This document shows positions 25,332 through 38,361 of a stretch of DNA of 64,000 nucleotides, piece by piece; position 1 is the first letter of the stretch; each line of letters begins with the position of its first letter. Both the position numbers and the translations under genes were made by a program. The notes below the pieces were generated by a model. The model worked only from the letters and a program-made list of their open reading frames with translations. It searched no databases and had not been told where the DNA came from. The stretch lies in the NCBI GenBank assembly GCA_020137815.1, contig CM035354.1, positions 7,564,001-7,628,000 of the forward strand, given 5' to 3'. The stretch is from Hormiphora californensis. Lineage: Eukaryota > Animalia > Ctenophora.

Positions 25332-26909
25332 TCTGGGTTGGCAACGATGTGGGGGGTCAAATGAGCTTGAAAAAGGAAAACAAGGAGAGAGATAATTAGA
25401 CCTGTATCTCTCTGCTTGCCTCGTGGTCCACAATTCACGTGTCTTACAAGTTACAGTGGTTCAGATAAGGGTGAGGGAGGGCAGGTATACGGTTCATAGA
25501 AAATCACGTAAAATAAAGAAAGCTCGCATCGGGGCACACACTGACATCACAATAGACAGCTTGTACTATTCACACACTACTGATCACACTGACTTGGTAC
25601 AACTTATACCGTACAAGCCATTGACACACGGTTAGTAATTCACACATACACACTACACACTGCATGCATATTGCATACTCTTCATACCATACTTCACAAC
25701 TGACTGACTTCACGCATGCAGTTCACCCAATACCGGTGGACCGAAAAGTTCCATGACACTATTGGTAGAAACCCACCGGTTCGATAGTGGAGTTAGAACC
25801 TCCGTGTTCAAGATATGCTGCCAACATGATGATGGTGTGTATTTTGACACAACGTATGAACAATTCAAAGTGAAAGAAAGAAAAAGGAACGTTCTCGAAA
25901 GGAGGGGTGTGATTGAATCTAAAGTGGGAAGGGTGCTCTCCATATGGAACACTAGACACCCATTACATACGGCCCGTCTACAACTGTGTGTGACGTGTCA
26001 TGGCGACTGCACATGTGTGTGTGACGTGTGTATCTCACAGAGTGTCAATTGCCCTCCTCCTCTATCTCAGAGGTTGGAACTGTGGCGGCCACCATGAGAT
26101 GTAAATAATATGGAGGGGAGTGACACACATGTTATATATTGTGTAAATATTGAGGGGGATCCATGATGAGACACTCATGTTATGGAGGGTGGGAAATTGT
26201 ACATGTCATATGTTATTGTGAGCCTGAGAAAAATGAACATGCATAATTTCGTGTGACTGAATGAATATAATGAATTATCCTATATGATCTCATTCATACA
26301 GTTTGAAGTGGCTGGTGATCTAAGGAGCTTTATTCTCCTAGTTCAATAAATCTAAATTCATCGTGCTGGGGGTTTAGGAGTTGGATCAGTCCTTCAATAT
26401 ACCCACATAATTCAACATTATATATTTTGTTTTATCCCACAATCCCTCTTGTTCTTCACTCTCTTGTTCTTCACTCATATTCCCGACTCATTCAGTATAT
26501 CGTAGTATTATTATATTATATGCCAAGATAACCGTTACCAAAGTTTAATGAGGTACCTTAACACACAAACACACCGACGATTATATAGGGATACTATCCC
26601 TATAATAGTCTGTGTTTATAGTCCCAAATTATGGTCAGCTTTCTAAAAATTCGTTTCAATCACTTCTCGTCAGGTGACTCCATTAAATTTAAAATCCTCT
26701 CGTGACGCATGCTGACCTGACTTTCATCAAATTTCACTTGAATTGTGACGCAGGCTTTTTATTAAATGCCCAATCTAACACAACAAATCACTTGCCATAA
26801 GGTGGTAACCAATGTCAATGCGACATGATCAACTCGCTCTCTGTCAGTTTCTTTAGCTGATCATGCTACTATAATTATACAATTTCATAATGGTAGTTTC
26901 ATTCAATCG

Positions 26910-27070
26910 CTCTCACTGTACTGCTGGAACACTCATCATTCTCTCACTGGAACACGCGTATCTCTTTCTCTCACTGGAACACGCGTATCTCTTTCTCTCA
27001 CTGGAACACGCGTATCTCTTTCTCTCACAGGAACACTTGTCACTTATCTCTCTCTCTCACTGGAACACTT
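26910..27070. repeat. 27-bp tandem repeat (CTCTCACTGGAACACGCGTATCTCTTT)
   Basis: Three exact copies plus degenerate ones. Confidence 0.85.
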
Positions 27071-28772
27071 ACGTTAGATCCCATTATCTTCTTAAAGCTG
27101 CTTCTAAGGTTACTGAGCGAACGGTTGACCTGGAAATGATAGCAAAGATATAGCAACAAAGCACAAAATTAAATGTATTTGAGGGCAAAAGATCAAAACA
27201 AGGTGTATATTTGATATCTGTGTCAGTATGGTTGTGTCTCAGTTCATTGTTTAACACATGTGTGTCAATACCATTTGACAGTTAGTCATACGATATGTCA
27301 CGATTACAGTGACATTTGTCACACGAGACACACAGAGTAGTAGCAGACAGTTACACAATAGACTTCAATGTTAGTGTCACACAGCTAGGGTTACTGATCT
27401 GTCACGAATCACATTTTATGTCACAAATCGTTACAAGATTGTCACAGAGAGGAGGAGGATCTGTCTATCACAAGCTAATATCATGATATCGTCACATAGA
27501 TCTATCTAAACTATATATAAAGTGTGGCACTATATACCTGTGAGTCTGATGGTGTGATGGTTTGGTAAGAAAAGAGGGCAGCTGTTATCGAGTGAGGGTT
27601 TTCTGTTACAGTTACGTCACGTGACAACTGTTCTCAGCCAATGAGCACCGTGTGATATAACTTGAGAGAGAGGGTATACACTAACACAGAAAGGGGAGTG
27701 AGAGTGGCTTGTTTAGAATAGGAGAGAGTGGGTGTTTCAAAAAAAGAGTTGGGAGAGAGAGAGAGAGAGAAAAGATTAAATAAGGCCCAACGAGATAACG
27801 GTATTCGATTACCGATTTAAGGTGAAGTGCAGACTTTACAGTGGTTTACGTGTCGCGTAGCAGGAAAGTTACAGACGGGGGTGTTCCCAATCAAGTACCG
27901 GCGAGCTAGACTGGCTGGATTATAGTGTATGACCTAACTTGTAACTTGGAAGGGTTTTTTAAATCGTTTCCCTATGGTACAATTTATAGAATCTAAGCAG
28001 AAAGTATCGTCGACCGTCGTGTTGAAACATATATGCACCAGAAGACCTGATAGGACAAGCTCTAACTGTGTACTAAGCGGGTTGACGGGCGCCGCGTTCA
28101 AGTGCTAATTACTCAGCTTGTTCAGACTCTCAACAGAATGAAAAGAGCAGGGGAGAAAGTAGAACTGGAGTAATGAGTAGTGTGTCAACTTGTTCCAAAA
28201 GTAAGGAACTTGGAAGTTGAAATGGAGATCTAGCTGGCGCCTTAAAGGAACTTGATTATATAGTTATACAGAAGTGAGGAAAGCACTGTATGGATTCTTT
28301 CTCTCTCTACTAAAGTCAACGGCAAACACAGTTGGCGTACGATACCATAAATATCAGTTCAGCACTGTATGGATCTCTCCTTTCCGCGCCCTACGTCAAG
28401 GCAGGGAGTACTAAACTAATGTATCGCTCTCACTTTTCTCAAAGGGGATAAAAGTGAGAGACATACTTTTACTAAAAAACCTTGTTAGAGGGGATCATAT
28501 CAGTATTCCCTTGGGACCATATATCAGAGAGAAAGGAAGATTGAGATATTTTTTTGAAACTGAGCAGCGTCCTTGCTGGCTGCTCTTCGATATTATCGCA
28601 CTGCACCGGTGTTATTGTCGGAAAAAATGGAGAAATAAAAAGTTCCATAGGTACATACGGGATTTTGATTTTGGACCTTAACACTTCTCACCCATCAATG
28701 TAGTTGTTGTTGAAAATATGTAGCATGTTAATGTATGTACATGTACTAACTTACACCTGATTTGTAACAGTT

Positions 28773-28821
<49 letters not shown>

Positions 28822-29291
28822 TCTCCCAAACAAGTAATGCACAGTAGCGTTTCAAAGGTGCCCCAAATGAATCTACTTATAAACTATAGAGACTCACTTT
28901 GTTTGAGACATGCTCATACGATCTACGACAAGACGCCAATTTGCTGTAACAGTTAACCATATTTTCGTTTTCTCAGTGCAGTGCTAGGTGAAAGAGTAAG
29001 AGAGTGATGGAGAGATAGTCCAGGGTCCAGAGAGAGAGAGAGAATGAGAGAGAGAGAGAGGGAGAGGGAGAGAGAGATGTCGACGTGTGTAAGAAGTACG
29101 TGTGTCACGTCTCCAGCTGTAGAGACCTATAACTCGTACGAGCTCGCTCTGTTCTACTCGTTCGCGGTAAGAGATAGAGAGAGGGGAAACTCAAGCACCC
29201 CAGCAAAGGAAGACACAGTGTACAATAATGCCGTGAAACAACGAAATGTTTTGCCGAATTCACGGCTTGGGACAATAAACCACTTTAATCA

Positions 29292-29647
29292 GGAAGCCGG
29301 ATAGTAAGTCTCCGGTGTCCAAAAACTACTGTAGGTATTGGACACCCGAGACCATATTATCCGGCTTCCGGGTGGGGGTGTTAAAGCACGTGTAAAACGT
29401 ACAAGAAATAGAGAGAAGGAGAGAGAGAAGGAGGGAGAAAGAGCAACCATTTCAAATCAGATATAAGTACATGGAATATCATCAACTGACACCCGGCGGG
29501 CAAGTGGCCGAGTAAAGTGTAAGCGAAACAACAACGAACTGGCTGCGCGTCCCGCAACGTTGCGCATGTGAATCTCTCCGGTGAGATCGTTATGCGCAAC
29601 CAATGCGCGACGCGCAGCCAGTTCGTTGTTGCTTCGCTTTCACTTTA
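29292..29647. repeat. Two degenerate hairpins, likely MITE remnants (29292-29369 and 29513-29647)
   Basis: GGAAGCCGGATA...TATCCGGCTTCC and TAAAGTG..CAACAACGAACTGGCTGCGCG...CGCGCAGCCAGTTCGTTGTTG..CACTTTA. Confidence 0.6.
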
Positions 29648-30192
29648 GTCAGGTTTATGGCTTAGACGCTTTTATGTCCCAAATCCAAGTACCGTATGTA
29701 AATTTGTCTTTTTTAAATTTTAATATTTCGACAATAGCACCAGTGCAGTGCGACTCTTTAAGAGTACTCCTCTTTAAGGGTACACCTAGCGTTTTTAAAC
29801 ATCGTTTGCCCAACCAAATGACTTCATAATACTCACAAGAGTTTAGCACATATAAAATGGACGTGAAATATGCAAGGATAGCCTTAAACTCATGGCTTGT
29901 GACAATAAATTACTTTAATCAGGGCGGAGGCCCCCTAATCAGGAAGCCCCAGTAATGTATGCATGTGGGGATAAAATCTTCTAATTCTCTCTCGGAGACC
30001 GATCATCTCTAACAAAGAGCGCACTACGAGAGCGGCGACTAGCGAAAGCCCTAGCAGAAGAGTCCATCGTCTCTGCTCTCTCTCTCTACTCTCGATCTCC
30101 TCTCGCTCTCTCTATCTCTCTCTAACATAACCGCGTCATTCTCTCAATCCTCACAATTAGAGGGAACGAGAAGGGAGAGAGGAGAGAGAAAG

Positions 30193-30225
<33 letters not shown>

Positions 30226-31103
30226 AGATGAGAGAGATGAGAGAGAGAGGGGGGAGAAATTTGAGATCACTACACAGTGTCTGTGAACGGGGAGGGAAAC
30301 CAAAGGGGAGAAGAGAGGCCCCCCCCCCCCTGCGCCGCGACGCAATTGGAGAGACTAAAAATTTCCCCTTTCTGAGTTACGCCAACTGGTTTTCCGTGAG
30401 GATTAGGTAACACTCTGTAATGGTACAAAGGGTGTTGTGTGCTATAATAAACAATGTGTGTTACTAATTGTCTCTCAACCCCCCCCTCTCCCCGTAGTGG
30501 AAAAGAAGAAAGGAAGAAAGAAAAGAAGCCGGGTTGCAAGAAAGAAAAAAGAAAAAATAAAAAAAGGGTCAATTTCCAGAGCTGCCCATTGGTCTCTTAG
30601 GCTAACAACCGGGTCCATTCACCAGTTAGTGAAGGAGAGAGAGAATTGAGGAAAAGAGAGAGGAGACGAGAACAGAGAAAAGAGAAGAGGAAACAAAAGA
30701 AAGAAAGAGATTACTGCCACAAAAAGGGTGAATTCTGGTAATGTTTGTGAATATATCACATCACCCCAATATGTCAGTGGATGCAACATGTGTAACAGGC
30801 GTTCTCTGAAGTGAAGGGGAGGGACATAGATACATTTTACATCAATCACCCTCGGCCCATCCGGCACATGCGGGGCCATCGGCAGGCATCACATCCCATA
30901 TGGCGGGACATTAAGAATAAGACAGGCATCCCGGAATAACGGCATTTAGCCTGGCCATATCGGCCATACGGCACGGCCATCATCGGCATCGGCCATCGGC
31001 ATTAAGGGAACATTCCTAAGAAAATACCACGTGACATGTAGGGCAGTGCTCCATTGGACTTATTACTAAGTCAACAAACACTCACATGTGTGCACCCCTG
31101 CTG

Positions 31104-31207
<104 letters not shown>

Positions 31208-31714
31208 ATCTCTCCTTGTTTCCGGTCTCCCTTGTTATCTTAACTGCTCCACAGATGCGACGGACCTCTTCCCCTTCTCAGGGTAATGACAGAATAAAAA
31301 GGGCTGCACGCGGTGACAAATTAGCAATAGAAGAACTGATCAAATTGGGGGACTAGGAAGTCGTCGGCTGGTTGGTGCAGTTACAGTCTATGGAAAGCTA
31401 CTAAAACCACGATTTCAAATCTTTCAGCAGTATTTTCTGGAGAGAAAAAGTTTACTTCCTCGACCCTCGTTAAAAGTCAAAACTCAAAACTGGTACTCTA
31501 AAACATTTACCTTAATCCTGTTCTTTATCGAGCGTGTTAACACAAACACGCAAGGAAGGTATAGTTTAACGTACAACAGCAACATGTGTGATAACACATA
31601 AATTTAGATGGAGGTCTTGGCTTAATGGCTCTGTGTCCGGGACGTGCAATTGGTCAAGGTGGTGAAAGAAAGCTTTAGAGGTCCAGGCACGAGATGAACA
31701 CAATATGAGTTGGT

Positions 31715-31824
<110 letters not shown>

Positions 31825-31909
31825 CCTCTCACTCTCTCTCTCCCTCTCTCTCACTCATTCCCTCTATCCAGTGTACACGCCTAGTAATATATTATGCGTA
31901 GGCTTTTCC

Positions 31910-31973
<64 letters not shown>

Positions 31974-32350
31974 ATGTCAGGCATTATCATTATGTGCATG
32001 GAGCGCAGGAAATCTCTACTGAGAGGGAGGGAGGGAGAGAGATAGAGAGAGTGAGAGAGTGAGAGAGAGAGAATTATATATTAGAGGGAAGGAACCGTTA
32101 TATAGACAAAGTGGTCATGTAGGTCCTGGCCACTAAGCGATGTCCACCGCTCCTAAATATAACTCAGGTGCAGCAGTTGGTGTAGAATTAGGATAAGGAG
32201 GGAGATAGAGGGATAGAGAGAGGGAGTGAGAGAGAGACAGAGAGACAGAGAGACAGAGATATATTGAGAGAAAATAGAAAATAGGACACAGTACATGTGT
32301 TGTAACGCTATAGCGTTTCTCTCTCTCTCTCTCTCTCTCCCTCGCTCTCT

Positions 32351-32437
<87 letters not shown>

Positions 32438-34363
32438 CCTCTCTCTCTCTCTCCCACTCTTTGATAACCAGCGATATTTATCACGAATTCGAGGCCAGCT
32501 GACGGCACTAGCTGAAGGAACTCACGAACACAAAGTCCAGATTACTTTATAATCAGGGTAGCAAGGTAGCCACTGTTCCAATGTATTCCCTTTCAAAAAG
32601 TTTAAAAATATAACCGCAGTAGCTTGGGTGCAACAAGGAGATTAGATAATATAGAGAGAGGCACAAATGGTTCTTTGGTACATATGAGATGGTAAAAAGG
32701 TGTTCTACATATTACATCAAACGCCTAATTTCTCTGCGTGACAGTCGTGACAAACTTGTTGGATGCACAAGAAAAAGAAAATAAGCCACACAAATCCTCA
32801 CACACGGACACGTAGTATACGCTGCTGTATCACCCTTGAAGGACTTCCTCCTCGCTCCCTATTGGTCCATTATGATCACGTGATATTTAACAAGCGCTCC
32901 TATTGGTCAATTTCCTCATCCATATATCTGGGTGTTGACGACCGGTGCTTCTTCTTCGGCCGTGTGAAGTGTCAGTGGTAAAAGGTGGGGTGAACAGAGA
33001 GAGAAAGAGAGAGAGGGGGAGGAGAAAGGACGAGAAGGAGACAGAGAAATAATGTATATCTGATCAACAAGAGGAGAGGCAAAAAAGAAAATCAATATCA
33101 TCTCTTGCAATGATGGCTAAAAATTGCTTCATGAGGGGATATAATATCGGCAAACTATGAGAGTAAAGAGCGGGAATTAGTGAGATAGGGGGCGGAGAAC
33201 CCTTGAGGGCTGAGAAAATGAGGAAGGATGGTGAAAAATAGAAGGGTGGAGACTAAGAGAGTGAGAGGGAGGAATAATGTATTCATATAGCATAACCTTC
33301 TATCACATATGCACATAATATATGTACAGCATACTCTCTCTATCCCTCCCCATCTTTCCCTCTCCCTCGCTCTCCCTCACTCCAATCACAAAAGAAGGCG
33401 AGAAAGGAGTGAGAGAGAGAGGGGACTCTGAGATATCATTTTATATTTCAGGGACTGAGGTGGTATAATATCGAACTAGCTGAAGAGAGAATGGTCTAGA
33501 AGTAAATCACACTGTGTCAGATGCGATGTGAGGACCAGATGGGTTGGGGGACGGGAGAGATGGGAAGGAATGGAGAACGATCAATTACTGCAGCGAGAGA
33601 AATAATATTGATGGATATAAGATAGGGAGAATATGTCGAGAAAAAAGAAAGAGAGCGAGAGAGGACTGATGTTGAACTCGAAGAATAAGATAGCCAGGAA
33701 AAGTTAGTGGACACGTGTCTAGCTGGTGGCAGCAGTGCTCAGACGCTCATGTACACACATGATGAGCCCGTGTGTGTTTTACCGAGAAAGACAGTCTAGG
33801 GATCTGTGTTGATTTTAAATGTCAAGACTTCAGAGAAAACCCAGAAAAAGTGCATCAATACAAAAGGGCTTCTTTGCACCCCGCCCATTTAGTAGCGGGA
33901 TGACGTCAACGCCTTGCATGGATAAATCCAAGAGAGAGAAAGAGAGAAGAGGAAGAAGAAATTCAATAATCATGTCAGAGCTATTACGAGTGATATTAAG
34001 TTGGATTTTGATCTCCCTAAACATTCCTAAACTCGTAATCGTTTCCAACTTGAGGGTATCTTCTGTATTGAATAGCGAACTGCCGCGTATATTTAACAAA
34101 CAATGACTTGTCTAACTTGGAACTGAGATCACATGCACAGAGCTATGTACACGTCTAGTAAACGAAACATAAAACATGAAACAAACGAGAAATACGAAAC
34201 ATACGAAAACGGTTTAAGATTGTAGATCATTAGGCCGGGATCTAGACATACAACCATAACATAAACATCTTGGGATCTAGACAAATATGGGATTTAGACA
34301 AATTATGCTGCTGTTTTGGGGGTCAATTGATTCAGCGGAAATCATTCACGCCCACCATGATTA

Positions 34364-36271
34364 TCATTCTAGGTACTTTACCTTTCGTCGTGACTTCCTG
34401 CCCTTCTTTCCTCCCTTCTTCAGGGGTCTAACAACCGTTTCTTCAGTTATAGTCACGATAACTTCCTTATCCCCCTCTATGAAGACCCTCTTGGATTTCT
34501 TGATGGTCCTGTCCTCACCAGGTTTTATGTTCTCTCCGTCCTTCTTCTTCTTCTTTTTTCTCCGCTCTTCCGCGGCCTGAAATTCATCAATTTAAGAACA
34601 AATCACTTTGAACGCTTGATGAATGAGTTTTATGAAATCTAAATCGTATAGTGTCAAATTCTTAATGTCATGTTTGTCACGTACGTCAACAGTGTCGTTA
34701 TGTCGTCGGAGGGTCTTCAGATAATCCGGATCAACCGTTTTCAGATCAGCAGCCACTGCATTCAGCTTTTCAATCTTCCTATCTGACATATTCCTAACCT
34801 TGCCTCTATCGCTACTAGACGTAGACGACTTGCTTCCTTTATTGCTTCCCTTACTCATCTTCCTCTCGTGCTCCTTCACAACTGCCTGCAGCTGTTCCTC
34901 AGTTTTCCCAACGTCACCAATGACAACCACCTCCCCTCCCTCCGATAGTAGACTCTTATCATCCAGAGTTCGGAGGTCATCCGCAGAGTTCTTCTTGTTG
35001 TTCAGGATTTTATCTGTTTCGGTCTGAACAGCTGCAGGTGGTAGGTGATGCAGAACCTTGTTGTTGTCTGAATCTGAGGATACGTTCTCCTTGGAAGGAG
35101 AGGTTTTCTCCGGAGAGTTTGACTTCGAGGAACTGCTTGAGGACGATGAACTATCTTTTTCTGGTGAACTATCTTTTTCAGGCGAGCTTTCTTTTTCTGG
35201 TGATTTTTCTTTTTCTGGTGAACTATCTTTATCCGGCGAGCTTTCTTTTTCCGGCGAGGCTTCTTTTTCCGGCGACTTTTCAGCCTCAGGAGTTGCCATA
35301 ACCATCGCTGCAACAGGAGCAATCTCTACAGCAGCGACTGGTGGAGGAGAGTCCTCTTTTTCGGGAGTAAATCCTCGCTCAGGAGACGATTCTGGAGAGG
35401 GGTCTTTTTCTGGAGAAGTGTCTTTTATCAGTTCCTTCTCGGGCGATGACTCGGGAGTTGATTCTTTCTCTGGCGAGTCCTCTTTTGCAGGAGAGTCGTC
35501 TTTCTCCGGTGTCCCTTCTTTCTCCGGCGACCCTTCTTTCTCAGGTGACCCTTCTTTCTCTGGCGATGATTTCTTGTCAGGTGATCCATCATCTTCACTA
35601 TCGGACGAGTCTGAGGAAGAAGAACTGGACGAACTGGACGAGGACGAAGATGATGAGGATGATGAAGAAGAAGAAGAAGAACTGTCGTCATTGTCAGATT
35701 TGTCGGGACTGTCAGTCACAGCCTGGTCAGTGGAATGTAGATCAGAATCAGCAAATAATTAAAATCTCAGCAAACTGAAACTATGGACAATATGGCGGAG
35801 AGAAATTAGTTGTGTCTCCCACCTAACTGGTGGCGCCAGATCCCTTTTTGATCAAGATCGCTGATCGGGTCGGCGCCGCCAGACAGCCCCTCCCACTATG
35901 TGGGGAGAATATAATGGTGCCTCCTACTAACCTGAGGGGGTGTGGTAGACTCGGTTTCTCCGTTAGCAGCATCAGATACCTCCTTGGACATATCTGAAAC
36001 AGTAAACACATGCAACTTAGCACACACTACACTGGGAGAAGACAGCAAATTGGTGACCTAAAGTACAAGTCGGCAGTGGTTAATTCAGTTCTTGGCAAGA
36101 ACGTTTTGCAACTATTTGTTACTAAGCTATGAAAAGAGTCAAGTTTGTGCCAATAATTGGTACAAGATACAATTTCACCTTTTTCAGAAACTTTGGTATG
36201 GTTTTCGGCAATTAAAATTAACAACGCTTACCGTCACTGGTCTGTCCCTCTGTCGTAGGCTCCTCAGACAT
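34364..36271 (-). CDS. Disordered Ser/Glu/Lys/Pro-rich protein with poly-Ser, about 20 (S/T)PxK repeats and a basic C-terminus; about 450 aa
   Basis: Exons 36271-36232, 35993-35932, 35722-34685 and 34576-34364 join in frame with GT-AG borders. Confidence 0.8.
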
Positions 36272-37489
36272 CTAAAAACACGAGGGAGAGAGAGATATGA
36301 AATAAAGGGAGAGAGGAACATACATTACACATAGAGAGTTAGAATTCAGGGGCTTTCCAAAAATGAGTTTGCGGTTGGGGTGTTTCTAATTAAAAGTATA
36401 ATTACGGAACTCATATAAAAAACTGCCGCACAGCACGGCGACTGCTGCAGTAACTCTAAATCGGCAGGCCAATTGCAGCTCTACAATAATCAGAAAAGTG
36501 CTCGACACACACACAAACATACCGAGGATTCTTGTTTTAATGATTGAAGATTGGCCTTTGTGGTTTTTGGTAGCCAATCTTTTGGGGCGGATAATGGTGC
36601 AACCATAATCAAAGAAGACTGAACAAACGTGCTGTTTGAATTGTAGTGTCTGTACTCCACGCTGTATGCCTCTAACTCAATTAGTATGGTGCACTTTTTA
36701 GTCGGCTAAAAATGTTTTTCTAACACATTATTCCTCAATGTCTCCCTCTCTTTCTATCTATCTCTCTATTTATTTCTCTCTTCCAAATTCTAAGTCCTAT
36801 GCTTTCTTCTCTCAGACACAAATAATATCCACTATGTTTCTCTCTTTAGCTGTCAGTTTCAATCGGCCCCGTTTAGCAGCACAAAATACTAAATTAACAC
36901 AAAAAAAACTCCCACGAAATTAAAACAGCGAACAGAAATTGATGTGAGTGCATCAAAGGCGTGTCTTTATCCCGAATTACCAAAACATGAAAAATATACC
37001 TGGTTATTGCAGCCGTTTCCCTTTTTGATTGAACCTTGATGAAACAAACCAGTCATAGTTTGGGGATAACTCAACGGGACGAGAACCAATATACGAAACG
37101 GTCCTATAACGAAACAGTGCAAAAATGGTCCATATAATATGTTTCTCTCTCTCCCAGTTTCTTTTCTCTTCCAAATTTAGCACCAAGCTTAATGAAGGGA
37201 AAAAATAATTCGAACCGCAACTCTCAGCACACACAGTTTCAATGTGACTTAACGATTTAAGCGTCTGATTTACCTCAGTGACAATACAAATCACTGAATA
37301 TAGGTATCAGCCGCACAGCTCAAGGAGAAATAAAATTGAAGAAAACGATAAACCACATTAGCAAAATGTTGCCTGATAGGTTTTCAAACGTAGCTTCGGT
37401 TTTATAGCGACAGGTATGACACCTCCACGACTGCATAATCCCAATGCGTGGCAGAAATAATATAGCCTATAAAAAACCTGAGTCATTCA

Positions 37490-37990
37490 TTACAGAGCTT
37501 CAGATAGTTGTCTATATACGTCTTCCATTTCCCGTTCATGTTCCTCTTCAAGCCGTTTCCGTCTCGCTCTCTCCAAGACCAATTCCCGCTCCAATTGAGC
37601 CACTTCTAGATCACTCACACCTCCCCTGCTGGGTGGTCTAGTGGTGAGATTCATCTGTACTGCCCGTCTGATTTCACCCAGTTCAAATATAATGGTGTTC
37701 AGGGTTCCCTCAGTTGACCTCCGTAATTCTGCAATCTCCTCTGCTAGCTGGACCTGGTTCATCCGCACTCTATCCACCGCCAACACTAGCCCACCTTGTT
37801 GAGTAAGGGAACAAAGCTCACCCCTGTTTTCTTGTACTACAGGAGAGATGGGAGGTAAGATGCTGGTGTAGTGGCTGTAGTCCTGTGCATCTACAGGGGG
37901 CTGGAACACCCCATCAAATGTATCGGTGTCAGGAGTCTGGGAGCGTTTGATTGGTTCCTTGCCCCGTGGGTGGTCGGGATGCCCTCCCAT
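37490..37990 (-). CDS. Unknown coiled-coil protein, about 166 aa
   Basis: Non-repetitive ORF with heptad-like segments (QVQLAEEIAELRRST, EVAQLERELVLERARRKRLEEEHEREME); splice acceptor just upstream; the start is uncertain. Confidence 0.55.
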   Translation of the reverse strand: MGGHPDHPRGKEPIKRSQTPDTDTFDGVFQPPVDAQDYSHYTSILPPISPVVQENRGELCSLTQQGGLVLAVDRVRMNQVQLAEEIAELRRSTEGTLNTIIFELGEIRRAVQMNLTTRPPSRGGVSDLEVAQLERELVLERARRKRLEEEHEREMEDVYRQLSEAL

Positions 37991-38361
37991 CACTCATTCT
38001 ATACACACAGAAGAAAGCAACACAAAGACTCACAAAGTTTTGCAGTCTGCAGCAGATTTATGTGTGTTGCATGTGTAAGCCTAACTAGGGACCCATACTG
38101 CTGCACTGCCCGCCGGCCTTCTTCCAGTGTGGCGGTACACAATAATAAAATGATCTTTCACTCTGAATGAATAGAGGGAATTAAATGGTACATGGCAACG
38201 CCAAATACAGTATACAATGGTATAAAATGTGTGAAACATGATAATATTTCCTCGGAGATCTTGTGCAGTACCACACACACATTTAAAGCATGCCCCTATC
38301 AAAAGCTGGTCTCTCTAATAACAGACAACAGTCCTATATTACACGTGTCTTGTTCCTAGTT

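Noticed and set aside
25710-26097. Overlapping short ORFs upstream of the acidic-protein exons
   Set aside because: No recognisable domain and no phase-compatible donor to link them
26910-27070. CRISPR-like appearance of short repeats (also 10603-10872)
   Set aside because: Head-to-tail repeats with no unique spacers, no cas genes, eukaryotic context
35058-35762. 234-aa plus-strand FSGE-repeat ORF
   Set aside because: Antisense of the SPEK repeat exon; splice signals support the minus strand
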